64,000 bases of DNA from Leucoraja ocellata (GCA_036785375.1 JAWMAR010000194.1:3844001-3908000), one strand, 5' to 3'. Shown: positions 48,863-61,200, numbered from the stretch's first letter. The notes: generated by a model not told the origin, from the sequence alone. Numbers and translations: made by a program.

Positions 48863-49847
48863 GTAATGTGCAATAACTTTATTGTAAGTAAAAAATATAG
48901 TAAAATAAAAGTAAAGAAAATTTGAATATTTTTATTCGATTTTCATTTTTTTTGGTGAGTGTTTTATTAAACCAATTTTGCGATTCTATTGTATGAAAAA
49001 CCTAATTTGCTTCTGCAGATCTCCATTACCTGGAGGCCATATCTGAAGTCAAGACTTGGAACTTTGCAATCCTCTCCCTTAATGCCATGGCCATTCCTGG
49101 TTAAGATGCTTCTTCAGTTCAAACTCTTAACCAATCTTTATTTTTCCATGTGCCCCTTATTTGGTTCACCAGCTGTGGTTCCCACCCATTTCCACTTAAC
49201 CCGGGCGAATTGAGCTGGGACTTGGCGATGGTTGTGGCAAAACCACGAAGGCAACTAGGCCTCTGCAACAGCGCCTTTTGGGTCCTATCCTCAACTCCCC
49301 GGAAACCTTTGATGGGAGGAAAAGCTGGTCACAGAATCTCACCGTCTGTCAAAGTTGTCTCCAGTTTTTGTTTTTATCCCTACTATTCAGAAAATAGTAA
49401 AAAATATACAGTAAACATAAAATTAAAAATAAGCCCTAGAATCACAAGGATTTGGCCAAGCATCTCCTTTTGCAGCTTGATGTCACCTTTTGCTTGATTG
49501 TTGTGTCAGTGTTCCGGGGACACTTCACAAATAAACCTGAGTGTTTAAATGAGCTCAAATGTGGTGTAAAATGGGATTCTGCGCAATGAAATAATTTGAG
49601 TTATTACCGATACGAAATTCAGGGTTGCAAAATTTTCAAAACCCTCAAAATATGGAACTTTGTTTGAAGTGGCTTGTATAAGCAGATTTTATTTTTCGGT
49701 CATGTTTTCATTGTTTATTTCTTAGACTTTTAACAATAGTAAGGTGCAGTGCTTAATGTAAATGGGCCTAATACAAGATATATTTGGGGAAACTGGTATG
49801 TGATACACAGTTTTTGCTACTAAGTTGGTAATTTTTGTGTTTTCAAG

Positions 49848-49969
49848 CTTTTAGATACTCCTTATTTATTGAACTCGCAGTGGAAAAATTTCCTTTCTGG
49901 ATATCTGTTTTCTGACTACAACGTAAACCTCACCTTCGATCTAAACCTCACTTTTCAGAGTGTGTACAG
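49848..49969 (+). CDS. PROM1: Prominin-1 exon, 122 nt, containing an 18-nt internal duplication
   Basis: tcaag|...|gtcaga; LLDTPYLLNSQWKNFLSGYLFSDYNVNLTFDLNLTFQSVY. Confidence 0.95.
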
Positions 49970-50054
49970 GTCAGATACTAACATTTAATGCAAAGTCTTG
50001 ATATTTTGTTTCTTGGGGAATAAAAACAGTTTGTATCTGTTTATCTCTTGGCTG

Positions 50055-50670
50055 CAGTAATGCTTGCATGCAGGTACAACAGGCAGTGAAGAAAGCGAAT
50101 GGCATGTTGGCCTTTATAACAAGAGGAATCGAATATAGGAGCAAAGATTTGAGGAAGGACATTCTTGCTATTGAGGGAGTACAGCGTAGGTTTACAAGGT
50201 TAATTCCCGGGATGGCGGGACTGTCATATGCTGAGAGAATGAAGCAGCTGGGCTTGTACACTCTGGAGTTTAGAAGGATGAGAGGGCTTCTCATTGAAAC
50301 ATATAAGATTGTTAAAGACTTGGACACACATGAGGCCAGAAACATGTTCCTGATGTTGGGGGAGTCCAGAACCAGGGGCCGCAGTTTAAGAATAAGGAGT
50401 AAGCCATTTAGAACGGAGATGAGGAAACACTTTTTCTCACAGAGAGTGGTGAGTCTGTGGAATTCTCTGCCTCAGAGGGCGGTGGAGGCAGGTTCTCTGG
50501 ATGCTTTCAAGAGAGCTAGATAGGGCTCTTAAAAATAGCGGAGTCAGGGGATATGGGGAGAAGGCAGGAACGGGGTACTGATTGGGATGATCAGCCATTA
50601 TCACATTGAATGGTGGTGCTGACTCAAAGGGCCAAATGGCCTACTCCTGCACCTATTGCCTATTGCCATA
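50055..50670 (+). mobile_element. Young CR1 LINE 3' portion
   Basis: ORF 50068-50523 VKKANGMLAFI..EGVQRRFTRLIPGM..FFSQRVVSLWNSLP, then 3' UTR ending ggcctactcctgcacctattg. Confidence 0.93.
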
Positions 50671-50943
50671 CATCCCCCTGGTGATTTTTGTACTGGGGTA
50701 GGGATCCAGGTTTGCCACATGGGTAAGTTAGCAAGTCTGGAGAGAGCTTTGGTCTGATTCTTCAAAATCTTGAAGCCATTCCCAATCCTTTGGTACCAAA
50801 ATGAATGACAATTGGTAGCGGCTTTAATACTCTCCATGGTAAACACCATGCGATTTATTTTGCCTGCTCCCGTAATCATTCAGACAGCTTTGTGGTAATA
50901 CTGAAGCTATTCGCTCTACTCCCTTTTGTCACACCAGGATACT

Positions 50944-50999
50944 TCTCACCAATGTGCTAACAGACCACTGTTAATCTCACCAATGTGCTAACAGACCAC
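50944..50999. repeat. Perfect 25-bp direct duplication (period 31)
   Basis: tctcaccaatgtgctaacagaccac at 50944 and 50975. Confidence 0.9.
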
Positions 51000-51360
51000 C
51001 AAAATGCCTTTACCTGGGGGTGGGAGATATTGATCGGATGAGTCTCTGTGTCTCCTATGTGAGTTTAACTTGACATCACATCAATATTTTCAGGCCTATT
51101 AAATTTTTATAATGGTCATGACTTTCACTTGGTCATTCACTTCAGAATCTGCCGAAGGGCCTATTTCCGTGCTGTATGACTCTTAAGTAATATATTTTGA
51201 AAGTAGGATGAACTGGAGGATGTAGCCAAGGAAAGAGTCATGCAATCTAAGATCTATTACAATTTCCTGAACCACTTCAGGCCCATCTTGGAGATAATGT
51301 ATTTTAAAAGAGTGCCTACTGTGAATGTTAAATCATAATCTATTTTTAATTTCTCTACAG

Positions 51361-51442
51361 CAAGTGTCGCAGAAATGAAGGAGTATATTCAGCCTTCCAG
51401 CTACAACATGTATTCAATATTAATGATGTAAATTTCAATGCA
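51361..51442 (+). CDS. PROM1: Prominin-1 exon, 82 nt
   Basis: tacag|...|gtaagt; KCRRNEGVYSAFQLQHVFNINDVNFNA. Confidence 0.93.
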
Positions 51443-51937
51443 GTAAGTAAAAGCAGTGGATTTCCTTAGTAATGTATTCTTTAAGTCGAAAAGATGAACT
51501 GCAGTTGCAGAGAGAGGCACTGAAATGCTGCTTTCTTGTTTATGTTCTACTTGTTTCCAGTGGTGAAATGAGATATTAACCAAAAGTTGATCAAACTCTG
51601 CAATCTTGTACCAGCTCAGTTTTGTCTTTAGGACAAATTGACTTTGTTGTTGAAAATTGTTTTTATGCCTCTTGGATTTTCTTCTCTCGCTCGGACTTTG
51701 GCTAAAGAGGGCAAGTGTCAAAGCTGCTGCAGCCTTGGAAAGTCACATTCTGGTCAATTTAATAGCAGTCAATAGCTGTATTTCAGTTGTCGTTTTAACT
51801 TTCCAGCAAAAAAATTCCATACTTTCATTTCACACACTTTGAAGTAATTCATCATATAGTGAATACTATTTTCCTCTGATTTTGACCTTGTAATGTGCTT
51901 TCCTGTATACATTTGAAAAGGCTGTTTGAGCACAGTA

Positions 51938-52175
51938 TAAACACAAAATTCTGGAGTAACCTGGTGGGTCAGGCAACATTGCTGGAGGATGTGGATAGAT
52001 GATGTTTCCGTTTGGGATCCTCCTTTGGATCAGAGTCTGAGCCTGAAGAGGCGTTCGGACCCAAAGCATCGCCAGTGCATGTCCTCCAGAGCTGCTGCCT
52101 GACCCGTTGAGCACCTGGTACTCTAGCACTCTGTATTTTGCATAATATTCCAGCATCTGCAATTCTTTGTTTTTG
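51938..52175. repeat. Head-to-head inverted pair of Penelope-derived modules
   Basis: ctggagtaac..gggtcaggcaaca..ctggagga ... tcctccagagctgctgcctgacccg. Confidence 0.7.
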
Positions 52176-52744
52176 CAGAATAAATGGCTGTATACATTCC
52201 CTAAGGAATATACACTGTGATTTGCAAGCAAATTTTGCTTTGGACAAATGGTTGTGTTCCGATAACATTTTACAGCTCCCACTTATTTTAAAACTGCAGC
52301 TCAATTTGTTCAGAATAATTTTCCATTTGGATTTTGGAAGTGTGTATGATTTGGTTTAATTCCTGCATGTGTGCTGCAGCAGTTTTCTCAATGCAAAGCA
52401 ATCAAAGTAATGGACTTTTGAAGAAAATGCAGGGCTGCTGCTATCTGAAAGTCAAATAAAAATGGTGGCTGAATTTGAATTGAAGTGAGCTGGAACACTC
52501 ACTGGCTGGATGATGTATCTGAAGCTCAAGGTTATAATACTGGACTTTATTTTATTTGATTGGCATTTCCAATGAAGAGACCATTTTGAATAGATCTTGC
52601 TGGATTAGGATACTGGAGTGACATGTACTAGGACAAGGTTTATGCAGCAGTGGGCTAAATTTGTTATGTGACTAGAATAAAATAATATAGTAAATGCAAA
52701 AGTTGTTTGAATGTACACTTTTAATGGCACTGTCTTTTTTTCAG

Positions 52745-52891
52745 TATACAGCTAATGTGACGGACAAATTCAGCAATGTTGAAGTGAACTTTAGTAGCAT
52801 AATAATACTGGAGGAAGAGGCTAAAATTGGTCTGCGCGATTTCACTGATACTGGCATTGACAAGATTAATTTTGCTGCCTATTTCAATGAG
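52745..52891 (+). CDS. PROM1: Prominin-1 exon, 147 nt
   Basis: ttcag|...|gtatca; YTANVTDKFSNVEVNFSSIIILEEEAKIGLRDFTDTGIDKINFAAYFNE. Confidence 0.94.
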
Positions 52892-54572
52892 GTATCACTT
52901 TATTCTTTGTACGCTGAAATGTAATGAAACTAGATGTTTACTAGAAATATTTTTGTAATCAAATCTAAATATCCTATATGAAAGCAGAAACTATCTCATT
53001 GCACATTTCATTTGAATTATGTAAATTACAAGTGAACCCGATACAAATTTGTTTTGCTTGGTTATATTTGAGCATAAAGTCTAATTTACAGTGGAGTTTT
53101 AATTAAAGATATTTCAATATACAAAGAAGTTGATTGTATAATAAAATAAAATCATTTATTCTCTGTTACCTTCCAATACAGGTGCTCCAATACTTCCAGT
53201 GTGAAATTCTCATCCTGCGTTTTTCCATATTCCTTGTTTTCAATTTATTTCTGTAGAGCTGCTTCCCAATGTCACAATCTCTGATCCAGGCTCATTGTCC
53301 GCTCTGACCACAGAACAATTAGCAACTGGGCCCCAAAATGTGGAAATGCTCCCATTCCAATCGGATTACAAAGATTTTGTTTACACCTAATATTGCTTCC
53401 ATTTGCTTCACACATTTTTATATACTCTACATTTCTGTAATTGGAAATGTTTTATTATTAGCATATTATACATGCACATTGCTATAAACCTTCTTTAAAA
53501 AAAACAAAAAAAAAACTATTTAATCAACATGAAATCTGAAGGGAAAAATAAATCTGGTGGATAGAAAAAATAAGTTCCTGTTTGGAACGGAAGGGTTATT
53601 TATAGGTTGCACGTGCTCCAAGTCCACCATCCCTATGAGGATAGGGACACAAGCATTCTGCTGAATGTATAAAAGTGGATGTCACGGAGGCCCTCTTCTA
53701 TGTACCCAAGGCATCCTTAAACACAAGTTTGTCCTGTAATAACAGTGCTCCAGTAACTCAGCGGTCAGGCAGCATCTGTGGAGTTACTCCAACACTTTGT
53801 TTTACTCAAGGTCGCAGCATCTGCAGTTCCCTGTGTCTTCATTTGTCTTGTACTGTTCCACAAGCATCAATCAATATATAAAGTGTTTAGATACCCTAAA
53901 TGGAATGACAAAACGACCAACTTCCTCTGACTTAATTGCAACTTGCAAACAGTGGTTTTGGAATTGCCAGCTGTAGTTATGTATGCAAGTTCGTATTTTA
54001 GAACAGCACACAATGGGAGCCACTTGACGGGACTGGTCTGGGAACTGATCGCTCTACTCTACACACAGTTGTGCCCAATGTGTACATGTATGTAGATCGT
54101 GGTTGAAAAAATGAAATGGGGTCTGGAGCCATACTCATGAGTATGCAGATCCACAGGTATCAAATCAGCAGATAACGTGGGTGGAATGTTTTTGATAGAA
54201 TTTGAAAAGTGTCTGATAAACATCAATGATGTTGAAGTCCCTCATCTTTGCAACTACCTCTCATCTGCAACTTACCTTGCCAGTCCCGTGAAACCAATTG
54301 CCTTTCAGATTGATGCTCATTTTTTTCCATGGCTGAATCTCTCAAAATGTCACATTAGAAAAATATCCCCAACACAAACATTTTGCTGTGTTGTTTTTAT
54401 GGTAAGCCTTACTGTGTCCTTTGGTGAATATTGTCTTTATTTGAGCAGTTGCTCTTCTATCTTTTCAATTGGATCTCTAATGTAGTCAAGAATTACTTTC
54501 ACTGATTTTCTGCAATTGTGAGTTTCAAACTTTTCCGACAAGTTTTTCTTAATTTATTTCTCTCATTTACAG

Positions 54573-54644
54573 ATTAAAAAAAATGTGACTAAGGTGGACC
54601 TTGGGGTATTTGCAAATGATCTAGTAGCAAAAGCAAATTCACTG
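54573..54644 (+). CDS. PROM1: Prominin-1 exon, 72 nt
   Basis: tacag|...|gtaagt; IKKNVTKVDLGVFANDLVAKANSL. Confidence 0.94.
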
Positions 54645-55004
54645 GTAAGTTATTTGGGGGAAATTTAGTCTCTGACACAATTTGCTTTCTCCTTTCCCTC
54701 TGCTCTCAGCAAACACATCTACAGTGGTAGGGAAACCACATTATACATAGTACATAGTAGAAAATCCAACATGACTCACATTTGTGTTTTTTGGTGCTGT
54801 GCTAACCTAAAAATAAATGATGTTATTTCCCTCACACCAGTGCTCTATTTTTTAAAAAAAATCAACGTATTATTAAAATAACACACATACGTGTCACAAA
54901 CAAAATATTGATGTTGATACCCACAGACTTTGATGTTACAGTTCAGGTGACAGTTCAGTTGGCTGCTGAACAACAAACAATTATGACCCAGCTGCTGCTA
55001 TGAC

Positions 55005-55107
55005 CGAAGATAGATACAAAATGCTGGAGTAACAGCGGGTCAGGCAGCATCTTTGGAGAAAAGAAATGGGTGATGTTTTGGGTCAAGATGCTTCTTCAGA
55101 CTGAGAG
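55005..55107 (-). repeat. Penelope-derived terminal module
   Basis: caaaatgctggagtaacagcgggtcaggcagcatc...ttcttcagactga. Confidence 0.8.
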
Positions 55108-55411
55108 GGAAAGTAAAAGTGCTATGACCTGTAAGCCGCTTAAGGTGTTTTTCAGGACTGACTGCATAATTAATAGATTCTATTTTTCAAACTTTAGTAA
55201 TTCAATTTAAATCTAGTTTTTGAGGTTCTGGTAAACTGTAAAGCACTGTCTCGCTATATTGAAACAAACTTGATTTGAATAAACACTGAACTCCTGTGAG
55301 TTTTGGCAGCTCCGATTTGTAGATCATGGTGATCAAACCCTGAGCCCCTTTTGTTTTTGGTCAGAATTAACCTAAAATGTCTGCTAGTTAGTACTGTGTT
55401 GCAAACCATGA

Positions 55412-55585
55412 TGTAGAAACATTGAAACATAGAACATAGGTGCAGGAGTAGGCCATTCGACCCTTCGAGCCAGGACCGCCATTCAATATGGTCATGGCTG
55501 ATCATCCAAAATCAGTAACCCATTCTGGCTGTCCCCCCCCCCCATATCCCTTGATTCCCTTTGCCCTAAGAGCTAAATCTAACTA
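55412..55585 (-). mobile_element. CR1 3' end
   Basis: (agaaacat)n tail plus ggtgcaggagtaggccattcgacccttcgagcc. Confidence 0.85.
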
Positions 55586-56128
55586 GCTGTAGCGACAGAA
55601 CAACATAAGTGCTTCCTGAAAAAGCTATTCAATATCTGTTGCAGGAAATAAATGTCGCCAGTGCATGTTTTGTTTTGCAAAATGCCACTTACATTTGTAA
55701 AGCGATCAAGCATTAAGAGGAACCGAGATGAGTATCTATTTCTCCTGCACTTCCAATCTTGGTATTTTTTTCCATCAGCGCTGCCATTTTAATTGTCAGT
55801 TTCTTATCTTTTGCTTGCCTTTCCTGAAAGTGGCAGTTTATGCTAAGTAAATAACATTTTAATTCTCCAATCATTTGTGCGTAGAGCAATGACAAGCTTC
55901 TTCTAAAGACACACAATCCTGTTACTGTCATGCCATCCACTTGTTCTTGCAGCTGAGAGGGATGATCCTGTTCAAAGAGATTGGAGGTTATATGACCAAT
56001 TTATAGAAAACCGTTCAATCAAATATTTGATTGCATTATAAATAGTTGTGGGTTCTATATAGAGTACTATATTGGCAAGCATGTCTGTAATTTATTGGTA
56101 TGTGACTGTCTATATGCAACTTATTCAG

Positions 56129-56221
56129 CCCGCAGGAGCCTTGGCAAATGCATTAAGAGGATATGCAAACAATATTCGGGAAATATACAGGCAGCAAGTG
56201 ATACCTCTCGAGGCAGGAATG
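56129..56221 (+). CDS. PROM1: Prominin-1 exon, 93 nt
   Basis: ttcag|...|gtaaga; PAGALANALRGYANNIREIYRQQVIPLEAGM. Confidence 0.94.
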
Positions 56222-56444
56222 GTAAGAAAAGTGCAGAAAAAATGTTTGCTTGATCAATTTTGCACATTATTTAAGCCTGTTTAAGATGTGCTTTGAATTT
56301 GCATTGTACAGCCATATTCTTTGCTATTGATATCAGAAATGGTCAGCTATCATCTTCTTGCCTCTATGAAAGGATTTTTGCCCTTTGGCCTTGCTTTTGT
56401 TCAAGTAAAAAAATTGCAGGCTCTGTAAACAAACCAAGTCCCCA

Positions 56445-56729
56445 GGGTGGCACAGTGGTGCAGTAGTACAGTTGCTGCTTTACAGCGCCATAGTCCCGAG
56501 TGCTGTCTTTACTGAGTTTGTACATTCTCCCTGTGACTGCATGGGTTTTCTCCGGGTCCTCCTGTTTCCTCCCACATTCCAAATACATACAGGTTTGTAG
56601 GTTAATTGGCTTCTGTAAATGGTCTGTTGTGTATCGGATAAAACTGGTGTGTGGGAGATCGCTGGTTGGCGTGGACTTGTTGGGCCAAAAGGCCTGTTTC
56701 CACGTTGTATCTCTAAACTAAACCAAACT
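56445..56729 (+). mobile_element. HE1-like tRNA-derived SINE
   Basis: ggcacagtggtgcagtagtacagttgctg head, cctcccacattccaaa core and ctaaactaaac tail; homologous to 1919-2237. Confidence 0.85.
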
Positions 56730-57019
56730 TTCAATCAAAATCAATTCTTATTGTTACTGCTATTAAATGGTTGAATGATTGCAAGTAAACTACTTGCTGG
56801 AAAATAGGTGTAAGATTTTTTTTTCAATCAAAGGTGGAGACAAATTTTACATTAGAATTGGATGATGTTGATATTTAAATAATGAAAATAATTGGATAGA
56901 CAATTCCCAAACAGGCATACCTTGAAGGAGAAGGTAAAATCAGGCCATGCGGGGCTGGGGAACAATGAGGCTGGAAGCTTGGGGGGGGGGCAGGGAGCCG
57001 GTGGAGAAGGTAAAATCGA

Positions 57020-58070
57020 GCTGGAACGTTGCCTATTTCCTTCTCTCCATATATGCTGCATCGCCCGCTGAGTTTCTCCAGCATTTTTGTCATACCTTCA
57101 ATTTTTCCAGCATCTGCAGTTCTTTCTTAACCATCCTGTTTTCAAAGGTGTTTTGGAGATGCTGCTGCTAGCCAACTCCTGGAAGATCCAATCCCAATGG
57201 TTGACTGGCGATAGACTTCATGGCTCTGGCAGTTTCAGCTGTCAGCTAAAATAGTAGTGAATTGAATTTCTTCACTTTATAGCCTTTTTTGGGGAAATTA
57301 ATTTGTTCTTCCATCAACAAACTTCCCCTGATCCTTGTTTACAATTAGTTGTAGATGCAAGTTTCTATATTGTCTTAAGATTTTGCACTCTTTTGGGCAA
57401 GTAAAGAAAATTTGTTATACTTGTTGCCCACTTCAAAGGAATTATCTTTCCAGGTGCGGCAGAGGTTCACCTGCATCTCCTCCAGCCTCATCTATTGCAA
57501 CCGCTGCTCTAGGTGTCAGCTGATCTACATCGGTGAGACCAAGCGTAGGCTTGGCGATCGTTTCGCCGAACACCTCCGCTCGGTCTGCATTAACCAACAT
57601 GAACATTGACTTTTTCAATTTCCGGTAGCCCTTGCTGTCTCCCCCCCTTCCCAGCTCTCCCTCAGCCCTCTGTTCCTCCTCTTCCTTTCTTCTTCCCTCT
57701 CCTCCCCCCCCCCCCCCCCCCCACCCAGTCTGAAGAAGGTTTTGGCCCGAAATTTTGCCTATTTCCTTAGTTCCATAGATGCTGCCTCACCCGCTGAGTT
57801 TCTCCAGCACTTTTGTCTACCTTAGATTTTCCAGCATCTGCAGTTCGTTCTTGAACATTTTCTCCTCCCCTTCTCAGGCCTCCCTCAGCTCACTGTCTCC
57901 GCCTCTTCCTTTCTTCTTCCCACCCCTCCCCACCCTCACATCAGTCTGAAGAAAGGTCTCGACCCGAAACATTGCCTATTTTCATTCCATTGATGCTGCC
58001 ACACCAACTGAGTTTCTCCAGCATTTTTGTCTACCTTCGATTTTCCAACATCTGCAGTTCCTTCTTAAAT
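57020..58070 (+). mobile_element. Penelope-like element end: GIY-YIG remnant with three direct copies of the terminal module
   Basis: ORF 57412-57609 FQVRQRFTCISSSLIYCNRCSRCQLIYIGETKRRLGDRFAEHLRSV; modules at ~57024-57132 (partial), 57725-57857 and 57941-58068. Confidence 0.88.
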
Positions 58071-59212
58071 ATTTCCTTAAATAAGTTTTCCACATGTAAT
58101 CAGAATTTCAGACCATTTTTAAAACATTGATATGGGCAGCTGCTGAACTGAGGCTGAATGGCACTGCTGCTCCAGTTATGACATAATTGAAATTACTGAC
58201 TCACCTGGGTAGTTGAAATGTAATCCTGCAAAAAATGTAATTATTAAGATCAAAAGCCATGCCCTGGTTACTATTTACAGCAGTTACTGTCATCCCAAAA
58301 AACACCATCTAGAGGGTAATCTGTTTTTGAAAGGTGACCATCTCGATTCACATGCTTGCCTTGCATATCCTGCTTTAATTTACTGCAGATAAAAACATAC
58401 TTCTATATCAACTTTATATCTTATAAATTACTATGAATTTGTAGTGGCTGTTTCCATAACCTGTGTAATAGTCACGGTTCAATATTGAAATCATGCCATG
58501 GGGTGGCGCTGTGTTTACTCTGTAGAAATTGTTTCCACTTCTAGCAAATTCTGATATCTGGTGATTCTTTCCTGTCTGAGATATCTTGATTAACATTTAT
58601 GAATTTTGCTGGTTATGTTAGCATTTAGTTGAAGGAAGTCTTTGTCAACAATTATTGATCATTATAAGTTAGGACTTTGGGCTTGATGGCTGGAACGCAG
58701 CTGAATTAGTGTTCTCACTTTATTACAGTTGCAGCTCTCCTTATCAGCCATATGTTTGGGCTGCTGAACAGTTTTAGAGTAACTACCAAATGGTTTAATA
58801 TGTTTGCCATGCATTCCACACCTTGAACCATGGCAATTTGTTTAATTTCCTCAAGTGAAATTGGATTTAAGGCTTTATGCATATAATGTAAGCTATAGAG
58901 GTTTATGATACAATAGTCCAAAGCTGTTTATTTGAAATCAGGTCTTCTCAAATTAATTTCAATTGCCTTTTGTTATTTAATATTTGGTCTTTGATTTTTG
59001 AAACTTCAAATTCGTTTATATTTGGTCGAGATTTAATCAAAGCTACAAGGGGCTTACAGCAGCATCTAATCTCGTTAAGGAGTTTCTATAGTTATTATTG
59101 TTTGTCTGAAACGCATCTTGAATCTTATATTCAATGATTTATTTTTCATTAACCTTGTGTCCCTTTAAAAAAAAATTAATTCCAATTCTTGCTTTTTTTA
59201 AATGCTTACCAG

Positions 59213-59230
59213 AGATATGTTGAAGCACGG
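59213..59230 (+). CDS. PROM1: Prominin-1 18-nt facultative microexon (RYVEAR)
   Basis: aaatgcttaccag|AGATATGTTGAAGCACGG|gtaaga; phase 0-0; same position as the 6-aa alternative exon known in vertebrate prominin-1. Confidence 0.82.
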
Positions 59231-60524
59231 GTAAGAATTTCTTGTTTCATGGCCATTGTGAATGTATTTCCTGATTGAAGACCATAGTTATGTTCGTTGA
59301 GAAGTTAATTGAGACTTTTTAGAAGAGGGCAAACCTGCTATGTTTAAAAAGCTTGAAACCTTTGTACTATGCTTGTACCCCTTCTTTTTTTAAAGGCCAC
59401 ATTCTTAAATAGTGTCATGCACACACGAGTTTTCAGTTTTGGAACTTTATTTTCCAGTTTCGGCAAATATGGATTTTCTAAGCTTGATAAAGAACTACAT
59501 TTTATCTTGTTCTAATAATAGCCACAAATGCAAGCGCATGCATGCCAAACATATTTCCATTTTTCATGTGTTTTGCCTTGCAATTGCAAAAAAATGTGTG
59601 CCCACATGAAATTCAAATATTCTCTGGATTCCTGTACAAAAGAAACACTTTGTTCTTCTGGGCACTGAAATGCTAGTTAAATTTAAAAAAAACCCAGCAA
59701 CAAACAGCCCCTAGATTTTTTTATTTCTGCAATAAATGATGTTGAGCCCAAGATGATCAAGTTCTTGGGCAACCAATCCAGCAACCAATTGGCTAGGAGC
59801 CAGTTTGCATACAAAACCATTCAGATGCAGTGGCTTTTTTTCTCCATTACAAGGAAATAACTCCAGCAGATGGGAACGTAAGGGCTTCTCAAGCCTGCCC
59901 AGCTAATCAATACAATGGAGGCTGAGCTACCCCAGGCCTGAACTCCTCTGTGCTGAGACCCAACTTAATACCATGATCTTGCAAAAAACGATCTAACTCC
60001 ACAAATATAGTTCTAACAAGTTGGTCTCTACAACTCCAGGGAAGAGAATTCCAGAAATTCACCAGAGTCTTCGTATCTCTCTTTAACTGAGATCAAATGT
60101 TTCTGGCCTGAGCCCAAAGGTTTTTTTCATCTGATAAACTCCTCTCTAATATTATAATCTGCGTAGATCTGTATGTAAGATGACGTTTAAAGCACCAATC
60201 TCTTTTTAACCTTTTTTTTTTAACTTCGTATCAGGAATAAGTGGGCATTTCTCTGAGCATCTTAACCTAAACCCATCAAATAATCCATTGTGTCCTGTAT
60301 TATTAGTGTTATTGAACAAATTAACAAATGTTGCTACTGTATTCTTTAAGTAAAGAAAAGGGTTAAATCAGCGATTTAAAGGTTGTGCGAGTTGCAGGTG
60401 GATGTTAACCAACAATTACTTGTGTCAAAAAAATCTCTTTCTGGTGTGTCATTGTGCAAATATATGCATGCAATCTTGAGAACATTTGACTTCAGTATCT
60501 TGTACTGTATTTGAAAATACTGAT

Positions 60525-61200
60525 TAGAATTTGTATTGCTTTATTATTGTCGTGTGTACCACGATACAGTAAAAAAACATTGCATGCTATATTGTTGAAT
60601 CATACTATACATGAGTACAATCAAGCCATATGCAAGCATAAAGAGAAAAATACCAGAGGCAAAATATAGTGTTATTGCATTCTAGTTAGAGGGAGTGCAG
60701 GTAAAGGGGAAAAAATGCAAGCTTTGCAAAGCGGTCGGTTAGAAGTTTGGGACCACACCCTAGTTTAAGGGAGGGCCATTCAGTAGTCTGATAATAGCAG
60801 GGAAGAAGCTGTTCCTGAATCTGGTGTTATGTGCTTTGTATCTTCTGCCCAATGGGGAAAAAGAAACAACCAATGGTCCTTGATTATGATGGCTGCTTCC
60901 CCGAGGCAGTGGGACATGTAGATGGAGTCGATGTTGAAAGGGGAAAAAGGGGGGAGGAGAAGGCTAGTTTGTCTGATGGAATGGGCTCCATGACTGACCA
61001 ATTTCTTGCAGTCCTGAGCAGAGCTGTTGTCAAACCAAGCTGTAATGCATCCCGAAAGGATGCTCTCTATGGTGTATCTGTAAAAGTCGGTGTGAATCTC
61101 GGGAGAAATGGTAATATTCCTTGGTCTTCTAAGAAAATAGAGGCGTTGGTGTGCTTTCCTGGCTATAAGAATGTGGTTGGTCCAGCTCAAATCATTGATA
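60525..61200 (-). mobile_element. Rex/L2-type LINE 3' fragment
   Basis: SWTNHI..ARKAHQRLYFLRR..FYRYTIESILSGCITAW. Confidence 0.85.
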
